Source: Phycisphaerales bacterium (GTDB taxonomy: Bacteria; Planctomycetota; Phycisphaerae; Tepidisphaerales; Tepidisphaeraceae). From it: 64,000 nt of DNA. The notes below the pieces were generated by a model, which searched no databases, was not told the DNA's origin, and was given only the letters and a program-made list of their open reading frames with translations. How positions within the stretch are numbered: the stretch's first letter is position 1; each line of letters begins with the position of its first letter. Position numbers and translations under genes: made by a program. The DNA lies in the NCBI GenBank assembly GCA_025361735.1, contig JANYKD010000125.1, positions 136 to 64,135 of the forward strand, read 5' to 3'. This document shows, one piece after another, positions 8,845 to 17,932 of this stretch.

Positions 8845-9496
8845 GTGTTTCTCCAGCGATGTCCACCACCTCGATCCCCGTCCGATCCTTCGACTGTTCC
8901 ACCCACAACTGCCGTTCTTCCATCGTCTCGGCCTCGGCCACCATCGGCAGCAGTTTTCGGTCGCCGAACATCCACGCCACGATCTTCTTGAAGTGACCGC
9001 CCTGAATCTGGAAGTTCATGATACTGATGCACGGGTCGATCAGTTCGGCGGTGATGTGGGGACGGGCCACTGGCGTGAACAGGCAGTATCGTGTGATCGC
9101 CGAGGTCGGGACCGTGCCACGGAAGGCACAGTTGCCGAGAAATCGCAGGCTGTTGCGCCATTGATCTTGGTACTTACGAATCATCACCAGCACGGCCCCT
9201 TTTTCTTCCGGCCTCAATTCCCGGCCTTCGTGCCTGTGGAGAAGCTCGGTGATGAAATCCTCGTCGGGGTAGAAGTTGTTCGTGTCGAGGACATCGCCGT
9301 CGATCTCAAAGACCACGAGTTTCTTGCTGCTCCGGCTCAGGCACCCAAAGTAAAAGGGGTAGGCGGTGCTGAGATAAACCATGTCCGGGTGGCTGGGGTT
9401 CTTCTTCCAGTTGGACGAACGGTTGTTGCGGGGCCGCAGCCCATGCTTCAGTGCCGACTTCAGGGAGCGGACAGATGTGCCGTGGCAAAGTCTCAT
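8795..9496 (-). CDS. Hypothetical protein (233 aa) with a Tpt1/KptA- or ART-fold-like N-terminal motif
   Basis: The start at 9496 lies 1 nt after the upstream stop. 'LCHGTSVRSLKSALKHGLRPR...PDMVYLSTAY' parallels KptA 'LYHGTASRFLDEIKKQGL...HYVHLS'. The functional call is weak. Confidence 0.4.
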   Translation of the reverse strand: MRLCHGTSVRSLKSALKHGLRPRNNRSSNWKKNPSHPDMVYLSTAYPFYFGCLSRSSKKLVVFEIDGDVLDTNNFYPDEDFITELLHRHEGRELRPEEKGAVLVMIRKYQDQWRNSLRFLGNCAFRGTVPTSAITRYCLFTPVARPHITAELIDPCISIMNFQIQGGHFKKIVAWMFGDRKLLPMVAEAETMEERQLWVEQSKDRTGIEVVDIAGETHEQDRQTVRADRRHHR

Positions 9497-9497
9497 G

Positions 9498-9911
9498 TTA
9501 TTTTGCCTTCTTCCGCCCCGGCTTGTGGTTCCGCTCTGCGATGAAGCATGAGGCGTCGCCATCGAGGAAAATAATCTCGCCTTCCGGCCTGCCGTTGGCT
9601 TGCAGAACGGCCCAGCCACGCCCGCTGACAGGATCCACTTCATCGTTACCTTCCCACGTCCACTCAGCAGCCGGTTTGCCCGTTCGTTCAGTGGACACCA
9701 CCGTCATTTCACCGTGGACGTAACCGAACTGGAACTCACCTTGCCCGTGCGGATCAAAACAAATGAACCCCGGCACTTCGGCGTCCACAAAATCCTGATC
9801 AAACTCGTTCATGTGGGTGATCTTGAAGTTGCCGGAGATGGAATTGGCTTGGCTCATGTGCGGGCTATTGTATCGACGCCAGGGAAAGGGCTCCAAGGTT
9901 ACGGCTGGCAC
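9498..9911 (-). CDS. Hypothetical protein (137 aa)
   Basis: A GTG start at 9911 is preceded by GGAG. An alternative ATG at 9857 lacks an SD. The conserved-looking core is 'EWTWEGNDEVDPVSGRGWAVL'. Confidence 0.45.
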   Translation of the reverse strand: MPAVTLEPFPWRRYNSPHMSQANSISGNFKITHMNEFDQDFVDAEVPGFICFDPHGQGEFQFGYVHGEMTVVSTERTGKPAAEWTWEGNDEVDPVSGRGWAVLQANGRPEGEIIFLDGDASCFIAERNHKPGRKKAK

Positions 9912-9935
9912 GCCTCACTCCAGGTCGTCCACGGA

Positions 9936-10298
9936 TCAACCTTCCAGCAGCCATTCCTTGGCCCGCTCTAAAAGCAATAAATCAGCAGCAGACCGGCGAA
10001 TATCGTCCTCCCGTTCCATTTCAGCCGTTTCTTCCTCATCGTACAACGTCGGGTCAAATGGTTCGGTTTGGCGGGCCGTCTCAAGATACTCAGCAAGTTG
10101 ATATGGCTCGAAGATGGTCTTGATCTCAGTGGCGAAAGCCGAAAGTTCCGCCCGAAGTTCGGCGTGGTCGTCCGATGCTTCGAGGGAGTTGATGAATTTC
10201 TCTCCGACGAGATATTCGAGAGCGTTCGGGACACCGAATTCGGCTTCGATCCCACGGGCGGCTTCACACTGTTCGGTCCAAATATCGCGGGGGTCCAT
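9936..10298 (-). CDS. Hypothetical acidic protein (120 aa)
   Basis: First gene of the minus-strand five-gene block, with a ~290-nt non-coding region upstream. Confidence 0.45.
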   Translation of the reverse strand: MDPRDIWTEQCEAARGIEAEFGVPNALEYLVGEKFINSLEASDDHAELRAELSAFATEIKTIFEPYQLAEYLETARQTEPFDPTLYDEEETAEMEREDDIRRSAADLLLLERAKEWLLEG

Positions 10299-10585
10299 AT
10301 CGATCCTCGTAAAAGCTCGCAGAGAGTAACGGTCAGGTATGACGTAGTCGAGTTAGAGCGTTCCGGACATGTGGTGGATCTCGCTGACATCCCCCGGGAA
10401 ATACCGCCGGTATTGGCACGGCCATGACCGGGAGTCCTGGGATCCCCAAAACGAACAATCCGAAAGCGAGGGTTGAAAATACGGCAAGGCTGGCCGATCT
10501 GACACAGGGCCATGCCGGTTATCGCAGCGGCCTTGTCCCGCTGGCCGGCCTGTCTCCTCTATGACACTTTCAGAAAGGGTGTGCA

Positions 10586-11086
10586 ATGGAACGTGAGAAG
10601 ATTCGACTGCGTTGCGGTAAGGACGAACTGGTTGTTCTCCGAAATCTGAGCGGTGAGGCGGAATTCTGCATCGACCTCGTTGTGGGCCGTTGTTGTCAGA
10701 GTCGAATGGTCAACATGGTTACGGACCTGGCATTCATTCGCCGGGTGTTGCAGGCGATTCTCGAAGAGAAGACGGATGTGACCTGCCTCGGCAAGGAAGA
10801 CGGCCCCGTGACCATCGATTTGGGTGGTCACACCGTCGTGGTGGGCTACTATGAGACCGTGACTGCTGCCAATCTCGCCCGCGACTACCCCAGGCAGGTG
10901 CAAGTGTGCTTTCACCTCTGGGACACGCATAGACCTCAAATCATCGTCATGGTTCCCGCTCCGAAGGCGGACATTGCGGAACTGATGGATGCCGTCACGA
11001 TCGAGTCCATCCAGGACTTGGAGAATCGGGAGGCCGAGATAGAGGCACGCCAAAACCAGCCGCGTGGAGCGGCTGTGGCGGCCTGA
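10586..11086 (+). CDS. Hypothetical protein (166 aa)
   Basis: Divergent from the 9936-10298 block and followed by a hairpin terminator. Confidence 0.45.
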   Translation: MEREKIRLRCGKDELVVLRNLSGEAEFCIDLVVGRCCQSRMVNMVTDLAFIRRVLQAILEEKTDVTCLGKEDGPVTIDLGGHTVVVGYYETVTAANLARDYPRQVQVCFHLWDTHRPQIIVMVPAPKADIAELMDAVTIESIQDLENREAEIEARQNQPRGAAVAA

Positions 11087-11173
11087 TCTATCATATCAAC
11101 CTGCCGGTTGAGGCGGTCGTTTGGCGGCCCAGATCCGCGTGGCAGCTATTGAAGCACCGCCACGCCACCGTGT

Positions 11174-11208
11174 GCCCGCCCCTGAGTTTGGGGGCGGGCC
11201 CTCATTTT
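11174..11208. terminator. Hairpin between convergent genes (bidirectional terminator candidate)
   Basis: A 9-bp GC stem (gcccgcccc / ggggcgggc) with loop tgagttt, followed by a T-rich tail 'cctcatttt'. Confidence 0.5.
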
Positions 11209-11277
11209 AGCGGCCGACAGATGGCGTATGTGGATGGCTGCCGGACGCTCCCGAGTCATGCGATTGGTGCCATGGGC

Positions 11278-13131
11278 CTACTTCGCTTTGCGGTCGAATC
11301 TCGCCCGATATTCCGATCCTGGTCCTGCTTCGGCTGCGATCTTACGGGCATTCTCGGGTAGCGAGTCGGGCTTGTCTGCCGACCATTGCGCCGCCGCAGC
11401 TTCCTCGGCAACGTTGTCGTGTACTTCGCACGTAGCCCGGCGATCCTGCGCTGAGTTGTTGAAGTTCAGTGGCCGGGGAACGCGGTAGATCAGGTTCCCC
11501 GTCACATTGATATTCCCGCTGCCTTCGTCGAGGTAGATCCCGCCGGGTCCGCCTTTGTTGTCATGCAGGTGGTTGCCGCGAAGGATCGTTCCTGGCTGGA
11601 TCGACAGTGTGTAGATCGCCCCGCCATCCTGCATGGCCTGCATGACGTGGTGAACGTGGTTGAACTCACACCGGTTGTTCCGCGCGGCCGTGGGGGTTTT
11701 GTAGCGGAATGGCTGGGTGTAGTTGGCCGCTCCGCCACCGGCATCTTCTTCGCCCCAGCCCCAGCCGATCGACACGCCGGAATAGGGCAGGCGGCAGATT
11801 TCATTGTGCGCGATGACCGTTCCATCCGTATAGCCGACGAAAACGCCCACCCCGCCGTTGTAGCTGACGGCCACGTCGTGGATGTAGCAGTTGGTGACCG
11901 CATTGTTCTTGACGATCCGACGCGGGTCGTCGGGATGGTGATCGTCCTTGAGCACATCCCCAACCTGGATCGCCGAGCCGCCGACATCGAAGAACTCGCA
12001 GCCGTCCATAGTGTTGTCCGAACTGCCGACCTCGATATCCAGGGCGCCGCCGCCCATGCGGGTAAATGTGCATGCATCAAACCGGATCGAGTGGGAGGCG
12101 CGACAGACGACGGCCGAGGGACTCTTGAGATGCTCGTTGTGGATGGCCGTGGTCTTGCCATCCCGTTCCAGCAGGTGCAGGGGATCGAGCAGGAAGTTGG
12201 CCTGAACATCGGCGTGGCCGATTTCGCTGGGACGAAGGAAGTCGGCATCGGCGAACGTCAGGCCAATGAACTGGACGTCGTGGACAGGTTTATCGAGCGT
12301 GCCGTTGAGGAGCAGGATCTGATCGAGTGCCGGGGCAACTACTTCGGCCGTGGCCATGTCCTCTTTCTCGCGGGGCATGTAGTACACCATCCCGGCCTTG
12401 CGATCCAAGTACCACTCGCCGGGCTCATCCAGCAGTTCCAGTGCGTTTTGCACATACGATGGCAACGACACCTGCACACCTTCCTTGTTGCGGGCGTAGG
12501 TGAAGCACGGCTGGCGCATGGTGATGATGGCGCCAGCGCCATCGGTTCGGATAGACTGCACCGGGCAGCGGGAATGGGTCCACACGACCCGGTAGCAGAA
12601 CTCGATGTCGGAGGGATTCTGCCACTTGGCCCAGCTTCCATCGTCGATCCGGTAGCCTTCCTTGCCGTGGAGGCGGATGCCTTGTGGTACCGGGCCGGCG
12701 GCACGAACCGCGCGCTGACCATTCACATGTAGTTGCCGAAAGTTGGGGATGGTGACCGGGGCTTTCCAGCGGTTGCCCACATCCCGGGTCCAGCCGGTAA
12801 TGCGCTGGCCGCCGCTGAGTATCGGTGCATCACCCGGAACATTGCGGTAGATAACGCGGTGGCCGCCTGTTCCGCTGTCGGGTGGCTCCAGCACGATCGG
12901 CTTGGTCAGGACATACCGTCCTCCGCCGAGGAACACGGTGATGTCCTCGGTCATGGTTGCGTTACTGGCGCGTACGGCGTCACGGGCTCGTTCAATTGTC
13001 TTGAACGGCTGAGCTTGAGTCCCGGGATGCGTATCGTTTTCTGTCGCGGAAACATAGAACGCCATCGGCCCGGCCAAGGCACCGGTGGTCACAACGAGCA
13101 GGACGACAACGGAGAGGAATAGTTGCTTCAT
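11278..13131 (-). CDS. Secreted right-handed parallel beta-helix repeat protein (pectate-lyase-fold)
   Basis: The start at 13131 gives the signal peptide 'MKQLFLSVVVLLVVTTGALA'. Beta-helix repeats are visible: 'NNAVTNCYIHD', 'GGVGVFVGYTDGTVIAHNEI', 'YSGVSIGWGWG', 'GGAIYTLS'. Confidence 0.7.
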   Translation of the reverse strand: MKQLFLSVVVLLVVTTGALAGPMAFYVSATENDTHPGTQAQPFKTIERARDAVRASNATMTEDITVFLGGGRYVLTKPIVLEPPDSGTGGHRVIYRNVPGDAPILSGGQRITGWTRDVGNRWKAPVTIPNFRQLHVNGQRAVRAAGPVPQGIRLHGKEGYRIDDGSWAKWQNPSDIEFCYRVVWTHSRCPVQSIRTDGAGAIITMRQPCFTYARNKEGVQVSLPSYVQNALELLDEPGEWYLDRKAGMVYYMPREKEDMATAEVVAPALDQILLLNGTLDKPVHDVQFIGLTFADADFLRPSEIGHADVQANFLLDPLHLLERDGKTTAIHNEHLKSPSAVVCRASHSIRFDACTFTRMGGGALDIEVGSSDNTMDGCEFFDVGGSAIQVGDVLKDDHHPDDPRRIVKNNAVTNCYIHDVAVSYNGGVGVFVGYTDGTVIAHNEICRLPYSGVSIGWGWGEEDAGGGAANYTQPFRYKTPTAARNNRCEFNHVHHVMQAMQDGGAIYTLSIQPGTILRGNHLHDNKGGPGGIYLDEGSGNINVTGNLIYRVPRPLNFNNSAQDRRATCEVHDNVAEEAAAAQWSADKPDSLPENARKIAAEAGPGSEYRARFDRKAK

Positions 13132-13157
13132 GGGATTCCCATCTGGCTCAGTGACAC

Positions 13158-14540
13158 TCACTGGCCGAGTCTGACCTTGGCGTAACGAACACTCTGTTCG
13201 ACCTCGCCCAACAGGTCGAGTGTATCGGAAGGCGCACACCCGGCCCGAACGCTGGCGGTGAAGAACGTCGTCAGCGGTTGTTTGAGGGGTACGGGGATAA
13301 ACGCCCCGATTGAGCCATCGGCATGAATCTCCACCAGCCGGTTCTCATCGATGTTCCGGCCGGCCGCATCGCGTACCCTGGCGTGCAGGATGACGAACAG
13401 CCGCCCATCAGGCATCACATGAAACCGACCTCGGCCGGGAACCGGGGCTTGTGCATCACCCTCCTTGGCCAGGAGGATAGATTGCCGGACGGTGATCTGG
13501 CCATCCTTGATCCGCGCGTAGTTCAACGCCTCGCTCTGCTTCTCGGCCGGGAAGAACTTCTCGCGCAGCCGCGTGTCCAGAGCCCGCTCGGTCCAAAGGA
13601 CATGCACCGTGCCATCGGCCGCAGCCCAGAGATCACAGGGGAAGATCCAGCCGCAGGTCTTTTCGCGGCTGGCCACCTCAACCCAGGGCTTGAACTTTAC
13701 CGAGGTGATGTCCGGCGTCCAGGTGAAGAACAACCGGCGGAAGTCGTAATCCCACTTGCGGCCGGTGAGCTGCTCCTTGTAGCTGCGCCAAGCCTCGTTG
13801 GGCTCATCAATATCACTGACGCCGCAAAAATAGACGGCACGATCGCGAAGTTGGACAGAGGGATAGCAGGTGCGGATCGGCTGGGGTTTGGCGTAATCCG
13901 CACCCCAGGGCCAGTTGAGCTTGCCGTTGGCGCTCCATTTGCCGGCGTTGTCGCAGAATGTCCACTCGGTGTGCGTGTAGCCAACATTCTGGAGCAGGAT
14001 CATCTCGCGGCGAGGACCATCAACAGCAAAACTCCGGTAGGAATGTTCGGTGAACGTGGGTTCGCCATCCCAGCTTGGCAGAATTGTCCGGAACGGTTTC
14101 TCCGGCTGGCGGGCATCGAACCGGAGAATCTGCGGCTGGGCCGGCCCAGAATAGGCGTCTGGCTTTGCCAGCGTCGGATTGACGGAGAGCAGAAGCGTAC
14201 CGTCGGAAAAGACACCCAGCGGCGAGGGTTCGCGTGTCCGGCCGGTTGTGTCCTTCTGCTGGAGTTTCCAGCCCTGGGCCGTGCGAGCATACAGCATCCA
14301 TCGCGTGTTGTTCAGCGGCTTGGCATCAGCAATCTTCTCGACACCACTGACCAGCACAGCTTCGCCGTGGCGAACGATGCAGGTGCTGCCGAAGCACCAG
14401 AACGGGCCGGAGCCATTGTCGGGGTTCTCGTACCGGTAGACTTCCTCTTCGGCTTCAATCGTCACTTTGACCGAAGACTCGGCGGCGCCGGTCTGGGCCG
14501 CGATTCCGAACAACAACAGCACGAAGAACGAGTGTTTCAT
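13158..14540 (-). CDS. Secreted hypothetical protein (460 aa)
   Basis: Signal peptide 'MKHSFFVLLLFGIAAQTGAAES'. Its stop lies 26 nt upstream of the beta-helix gene start. Confidence 0.55.
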   Translation of the reverse strand: MKHSFFVLLLFGIAAQTGAAESSVKVTIEAEEEVYRYENPDNGSGPFWCFGSTCIVRHGEAVLVSGVEKIADAKPLNNTRWMLYARTAQGWKLQQKDTTGRTREPSPLGVFSDGTLLLSVNPTLAKPDAYSGPAQPQILRFDARQPEKPFRTILPSWDGEPTFTEHSYRSFAVDGPRREMILLQNVGYTHTEWTFCDNAGKWSANGKLNWPWGADYAKPQPIRTCYPSVQLRDRAVYFCGVSDIDEPNEAWRSYKEQLTGRKWDYDFRRLFFTWTPDITSVKFKPWVEVASREKTCGWIFPCDLWAAADGTVHVLWTERALDTRLREKFFPAEKQSEALNYARIKDGQITVRQSILLAKEGDAQAPVPGRGRFHVMPDGRLFVILHARVRDAAGRNIDENRLVEIHADGSIGAFIPVPLKQPLTTFFTASVRAGCAPSDTLDLLGEVEQSVRYAKVRLGQ

Positions 14541-14575
14541 GAGATTTCCTGTGACAGTGGACGACAGGACCGGAC

Positions 14576-16300
14576 TTACGCGAGCACTGACTCCGCGAAC
14601 CGGTTCACCGTATCCGCCAGGAATTTCCGGCGGCGTTCGAGAAACACCCGGTAGTTCTCCAGCTTCCAGAGTTCCGGTTCAATCGGGATCCCCTGGATCG
14701 TCAACGCGCCCTCGCCACGCTGGGTGATGACACCGGGGAGGTAGTCCACCGGCTCCTTGTTGCTGATCCGGCGGTTGGTTCCGCCGGAGATGAACGCCAT
14801 GTTGGCGATCTCGTTGATCTCGCGCGTGTCGTATCGCTCTTTGAGCAGGGACTTGGGATAGATGTGGTGATACTGAATGTAGTGGTATCGCCCTGAATGC
14901 GTGAGCGACAGGCCCAGGCCCGTCTGCCAGTCCTTGGCACCGTTGGTCTTGAGGGAGAGGAACACCAGCGAGAAGAGCGGGCTGTACGCGCCCTTGCCCG
15001 TGAAATCGGCCGCGTCGAAGTCCAGCCGGCCAAATTGCTGGCGGACAGTCTCGATCAGCTTGTCGACGGTGCCGCCATCTCGGAGGGTCGCCAGGTCGGC
15101 ATCCAGCAGGGTTTCGGTCGAGCCGCGTGAATATCGGCCACGGGCGTTGGCAACGTACAGCCAGTACCGCAGCTTCTTTTCCTCATCGGCCGACAGCTGC
15201 TCATCCCGTTTCTGACTCAGATAGGCGATGGCAATGAAGAACAGCGGCGATGATAGCAGCGACTCGTCCTCAATTCCGATGTTGGTGCGAAGGAAGTTGA
15301 TGGCGAACCGCGGTCCGTTCTTGGCCTTTTCCCAGCCCGCCTTGAGCTTATCGATATGCGTGTTGCGGACGCGCTCAAACCGCGACTGATCCGTCGCGAA
15401 GACAACCATCGATCGCACCAGCAGCCCGAGGTCCAGCGTCATCCACTTCTCTTCGCATTCATCCTGGAAATCTTCCAGGAGCTTGAGCGAGTTCGGCCAC
15501 CGGGCGGTGATCTGTGCCAGTGCGAGATCCGAACCGCGGAGTTTCACGCCAAGCGAGTTCACGCGGACGAAGATCTCGGCCACTTCCTCATAGCTCAGGT
15601 CGCGCGGCAATACGTGCATCGTGTATGGATAGTCTGCGATCGCCCGCAGCTTTCGCAGTCTGCCCGCGTATAGCTCATAACGGGGATCGGCGAAAGAAGT
15701 GACGCCGGCGGCCTGGAGCAGTTCACTATCGCTGGTGGTCTTGAATACCTTGGTCACCGAAACCCAATTGGGCAATTGCGCCAACCGGTTGCTGGACACG
15801 ACGAAGGTAAGCCGGTTCAGCCGTTCCATCAGGGCATCCTCGCCATCCTCCTCATCCTCGTCGTCGGGAGGCTCATCGCCATTGTCGGTGGCGCCGGATG
15901 TGGGCTCCTCATCTGAATCCACCTCGGTGAAGTCCGACAGGCCCTCCGGGTGCTCCAGATTGAAGAGCACATCAATATCCCGTTTGCGGCCGCGGACCTT
16001 GATCGGCTGGCCTCGCAGGATCGCCGACAGGCTGGTCAGTCGCTGCTGGCCATCCAGCAAGAGCTTGTGCCCCTCGAACGGGCTGGTGCCCTGCTCAACC
16101 TGCAAGTCGCGCGTCGGCTGCTGCTGATCGGTCTCCCACACCAGTACCGACCCGCTCGGGTAGCCACGGTAGAGGGAGTCGAGCAGATCGCGAACGCGGG
16201 CCGCCCGCCAGACGTACCGCCGCTGCATCTCCGGCAGCCGCAGTTCGCCTCGTTCGACCATGCTCACGAGTTCTTTGACGTTGGTGGCGACTTTTCGCAT
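14576..16300 (-). CDS. GmrSD-type enzyme: N-terminal DUF262 (ParB-like) plus C-terminal DUF1524/His-Me nuclease
   Basis: 'LPEMQRRYVW...LLDSLYRGYPSGSVLVWE' and 'LLLDGQQRLTSL' mark DUF262. 'YHHIYPKSLL...EIANMAFISGGTNRRISNK' marks the DUF1524-like HNH. The ATG at 16300 follows the SD 'agagga'. An acidic insert (DSDEEP...DDEDEEDGED) separates the two domains. Confidence 0.8.
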   Translation of the reverse strand: MRKVATNVKELVSMVERGELRLPEMQRRYVWRAARVRDLLDSLYRGYPSGSVLVWETDQQQPTRDLQVEQGTSPFEGHKLLLDGQQRLTSLSAILRGQPIKVRGRKRDIDVLFNLEHPEGLSDFTEVDSDEEPTSGATDNGDEPPDDEDEEDGEDALMERLNRLTFVVSSNRLAQLPNWVSVTKVFKTTSDSELLQAAGVTSFADPRYELYAGRLRKLRAIADYPYTMHVLPRDLSYEEVAEIFVRVNSLGVKLRGSDLALAQITARWPNSLKLLEDFQDECEEKWMTLDLGLLVRSMVVFATDQSRFERVRNTHIDKLKAGWEKAKNGPRFAINFLRTNIGIEDESLLSSPLFFIAIAYLSQKRDEQLSADEEKKLRYWLYVANARGRYSRGSTETLLDADLATLRDGGTVDKLIETVRQQFGRLDFDAADFTGKGAYSPLFSLVFLSLKTNGAKDWQTGLGLSLTHSGRYHYIQYHHIYPKSLLKERYDTREINEIANMAFISGGTNRRISNKEPVDYLPGVITQRGEGALTIQGIPIEPELWKLENYRVFLERRRKFLADTVNRFAESVLA

Positions 16301-16365
16301 TGCTGATTCCTCTTCACTCCGTCGGACTATCACGACATACATGCAATGACCGCGTTGCCTTGGCT

Positions 16366-17265
16366 TCATGCCGGGTCTGGCGGCAGGAGTTGCCGCAGCA
16401 TTCCCTCAACGTGTTTGGCAGAATTGGGACGGTCGTTCGGGTCGTCCTGAAGGAGGGCAGTGCAAAGCTCCCAGAGCTTTCCGCCGGTGTGATCCTTCGC
16501 CTTACTTATGATGCCGGCGCTAATGGTATTAGTCGCCAAGAACCACAACACCTTGCCGAGCTGGAACAGATCTGATCGGTGATCCACGCGATGCTTCTTG
16601 TCTCGCGCGTACTGAATCAATTCAGGTGATGCGAAGAAGACAGGACCGACAAATTCCATTGTGGCCGTGAATTGATCCATCGGCCGCATCGACACATCTT
16701 CACCAATGTACTTCGCAATGCCCAAGTCGATCATCATGAGTTCATCTGTCTCAGCATCACGCCAGACGAAGTTCTGCGGCTTGATGTCGCGATGAATGAT
16801 GCCCTTTGCATGCAAATGGTCAAGTGCCTGGCAAGCTTGCGCACCAACTGCGACGAGGTTGTCCAAGGGCAGTGCGCCGTGAGCATCCACCTCTTCACGC
16901 AAATTCTTATCACCAAGGTCCATGGCCATCCATGGGACATCGATTGACTCGCCGCCGAGTTGGACGATACCAGAGCCATGACATGGGACGATAGATTGGT
17001 GGGTTATCGCCTTCAAAATGCGGATCTCGTTACTAAACCGGTCTTGTCGGGTCTCATCCAACTGTTTGAGAAGCTTCACTGCACAGTCCCCCATTGGCCG
17101 ATTGTACGGACCAAGTCGTTGGGCGCGAAAGACGACCCCGTTGCCACCCTGTCGGACTGGTGCCTGCAACTTGAACTTCGCCCCATCATCGGCCTGCAGT
17201 ATGAGTCCGTGGGCAAAATCAAGCTTCGTTTTGTTATTGCCGCGTTGAACGATGATATATGGCAT
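16366..17265 (-). CDS. Hanks-type Ser/Thr protein kinase, kinase domain only
   Basis: 'GGNGVVF' (Gly loop), 'CAVKLLK' (VAIK), 'HRDIKPQNF' (HRD), 'DLGIAK' (DFG-like) and 'FASPE' (APE). The start at 17265 lies 4 nt after the upstream stop. Confidence 0.85.
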   Translation of the reverse strand: MPYIIVQRGNNKTKLDFAHGLILQADDGAKFKLQAPVRQGGNGVVFRAQRLGPYNRPMGDCAVKLLKQLDETRQDRFSNEIRILKAITHQSIVPCHGSGIVQLGGESIDVPWMAMDLGDKNLREEVDAHGALPLDNLVAVGAQACQALDHLHAKGIIHRDIKPQNFVWRDAETDELMMIDLGIAKYIGEDVSMRPMDQFTATMEFVGPVFFASPELIQYARDKKHRVDHRSDLFQLGKVLWFLATNTISAGIISKAKDHTGGKLWELCTALLQDDPNDRPNSAKHVEGMLRQLLPPDPA

Positions 17266-17269
17266 ATAT

Positions 17270-17932
17270 TTAAGCTCCGCTTGTAAGATTCGCGTTAGCT
17301 GGTTCTTCATTCTCCAGGGACTCCAACACCGCTTTGAATGCCTCGTGAAACGGGCGAAACTCGACGGGGGCACCCGCCTCAGTCCACAACGCGTCTGCTT
17401 GAATCAGTCCAAGATCACTGATCGCAATCTGAACAAACGGATTACCCGGACGCAACCACGCCGTGCCAAGTGGGACGAAATGCCTCGGCTGGGCAGACCG
17501 CGGCGGCGGGGACGGCTCAGGCAGTTCCCGTACTTGGGCTCGCGAAAGGCGAAAGAGTTCCGCTTCCCAAGTTAGATCGCTCATGTAGGCCCTCATCTGG
17601 AACTGGCGCGCCCCCACTCGCCAGACCGCCGCACGCAAATGACGGGTTGCGATCACCAAGGGCTGCGGAGTCAGGCTTCCGTCGGGCACACTAATTGTCT
17701 CGGCAAGTTGAGTAAACTCTCCTTTGCGCCGGGCGAGTTGGCGGTGTCGGAGGGCTGCGGCGTAAACGATCAGTTCCTCAGTGTTGTGGACAGTGTCAGG
17801 CATGGCACCATGTTTGCTAAGAGGTGCGAAGTCTCGGAGCAAGTTCTGGGCATAATCGAAGTCGCCCGCCCAAAGCGCGAGTCGGGCGACAATGTATGCG
17901 TCCGTGGACGAAGGTGACCTTTCAGCAACCAT
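17270..17932 (-). CDS. Hypothetical protein (220 aa)
   Basis: The ATG at 17932 overlaps the upstream gene by 11 nt. No motif recognised. Confidence 0.5.
   Translation of the reverse strand: MVAERSPSSTDAYIVARLALWAGDFDYAQNLLRDFAPLSKHGAMPDTVHNTEELIVYAAALRHRQLARRKGEFTQLAETISVPDGSLTPQPLVIATRHLRAAVWRVGARQFQMRAYMSDLTWEAELFRLSRAQVRELPEPSPPPRSAQPRHFVPLGTAWLRPGNPFVQIAISDLGLIQADALWTEAGAPVEFRPFHEAFKAVLESLENEEPANANLTSGA

Noticed and set aside
8660-9544. A 294-aa plus-strand ORF spanning two minus-strand genes
   Set aside because: It crosses a gene boundary of the coupled minus-strand operon and has no SD or motif. It is a shadow ORF.
1-11086. Calling the left end a prophage
   Set aside because: Only recombination and ATPase genes are present. 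There is no capsid, portal, terminase, tail, lysis or integrase gene in the window, so I describe it only as mobile-element-type.
11563-14654. Plus-strand ORFs of 389 aa (11563-12732) and 443 aa (13323-14654)
   Set aside because: They are antisense to the two secreted-protein genes. Those genes have clean signal peptides and beta-helix repeats.
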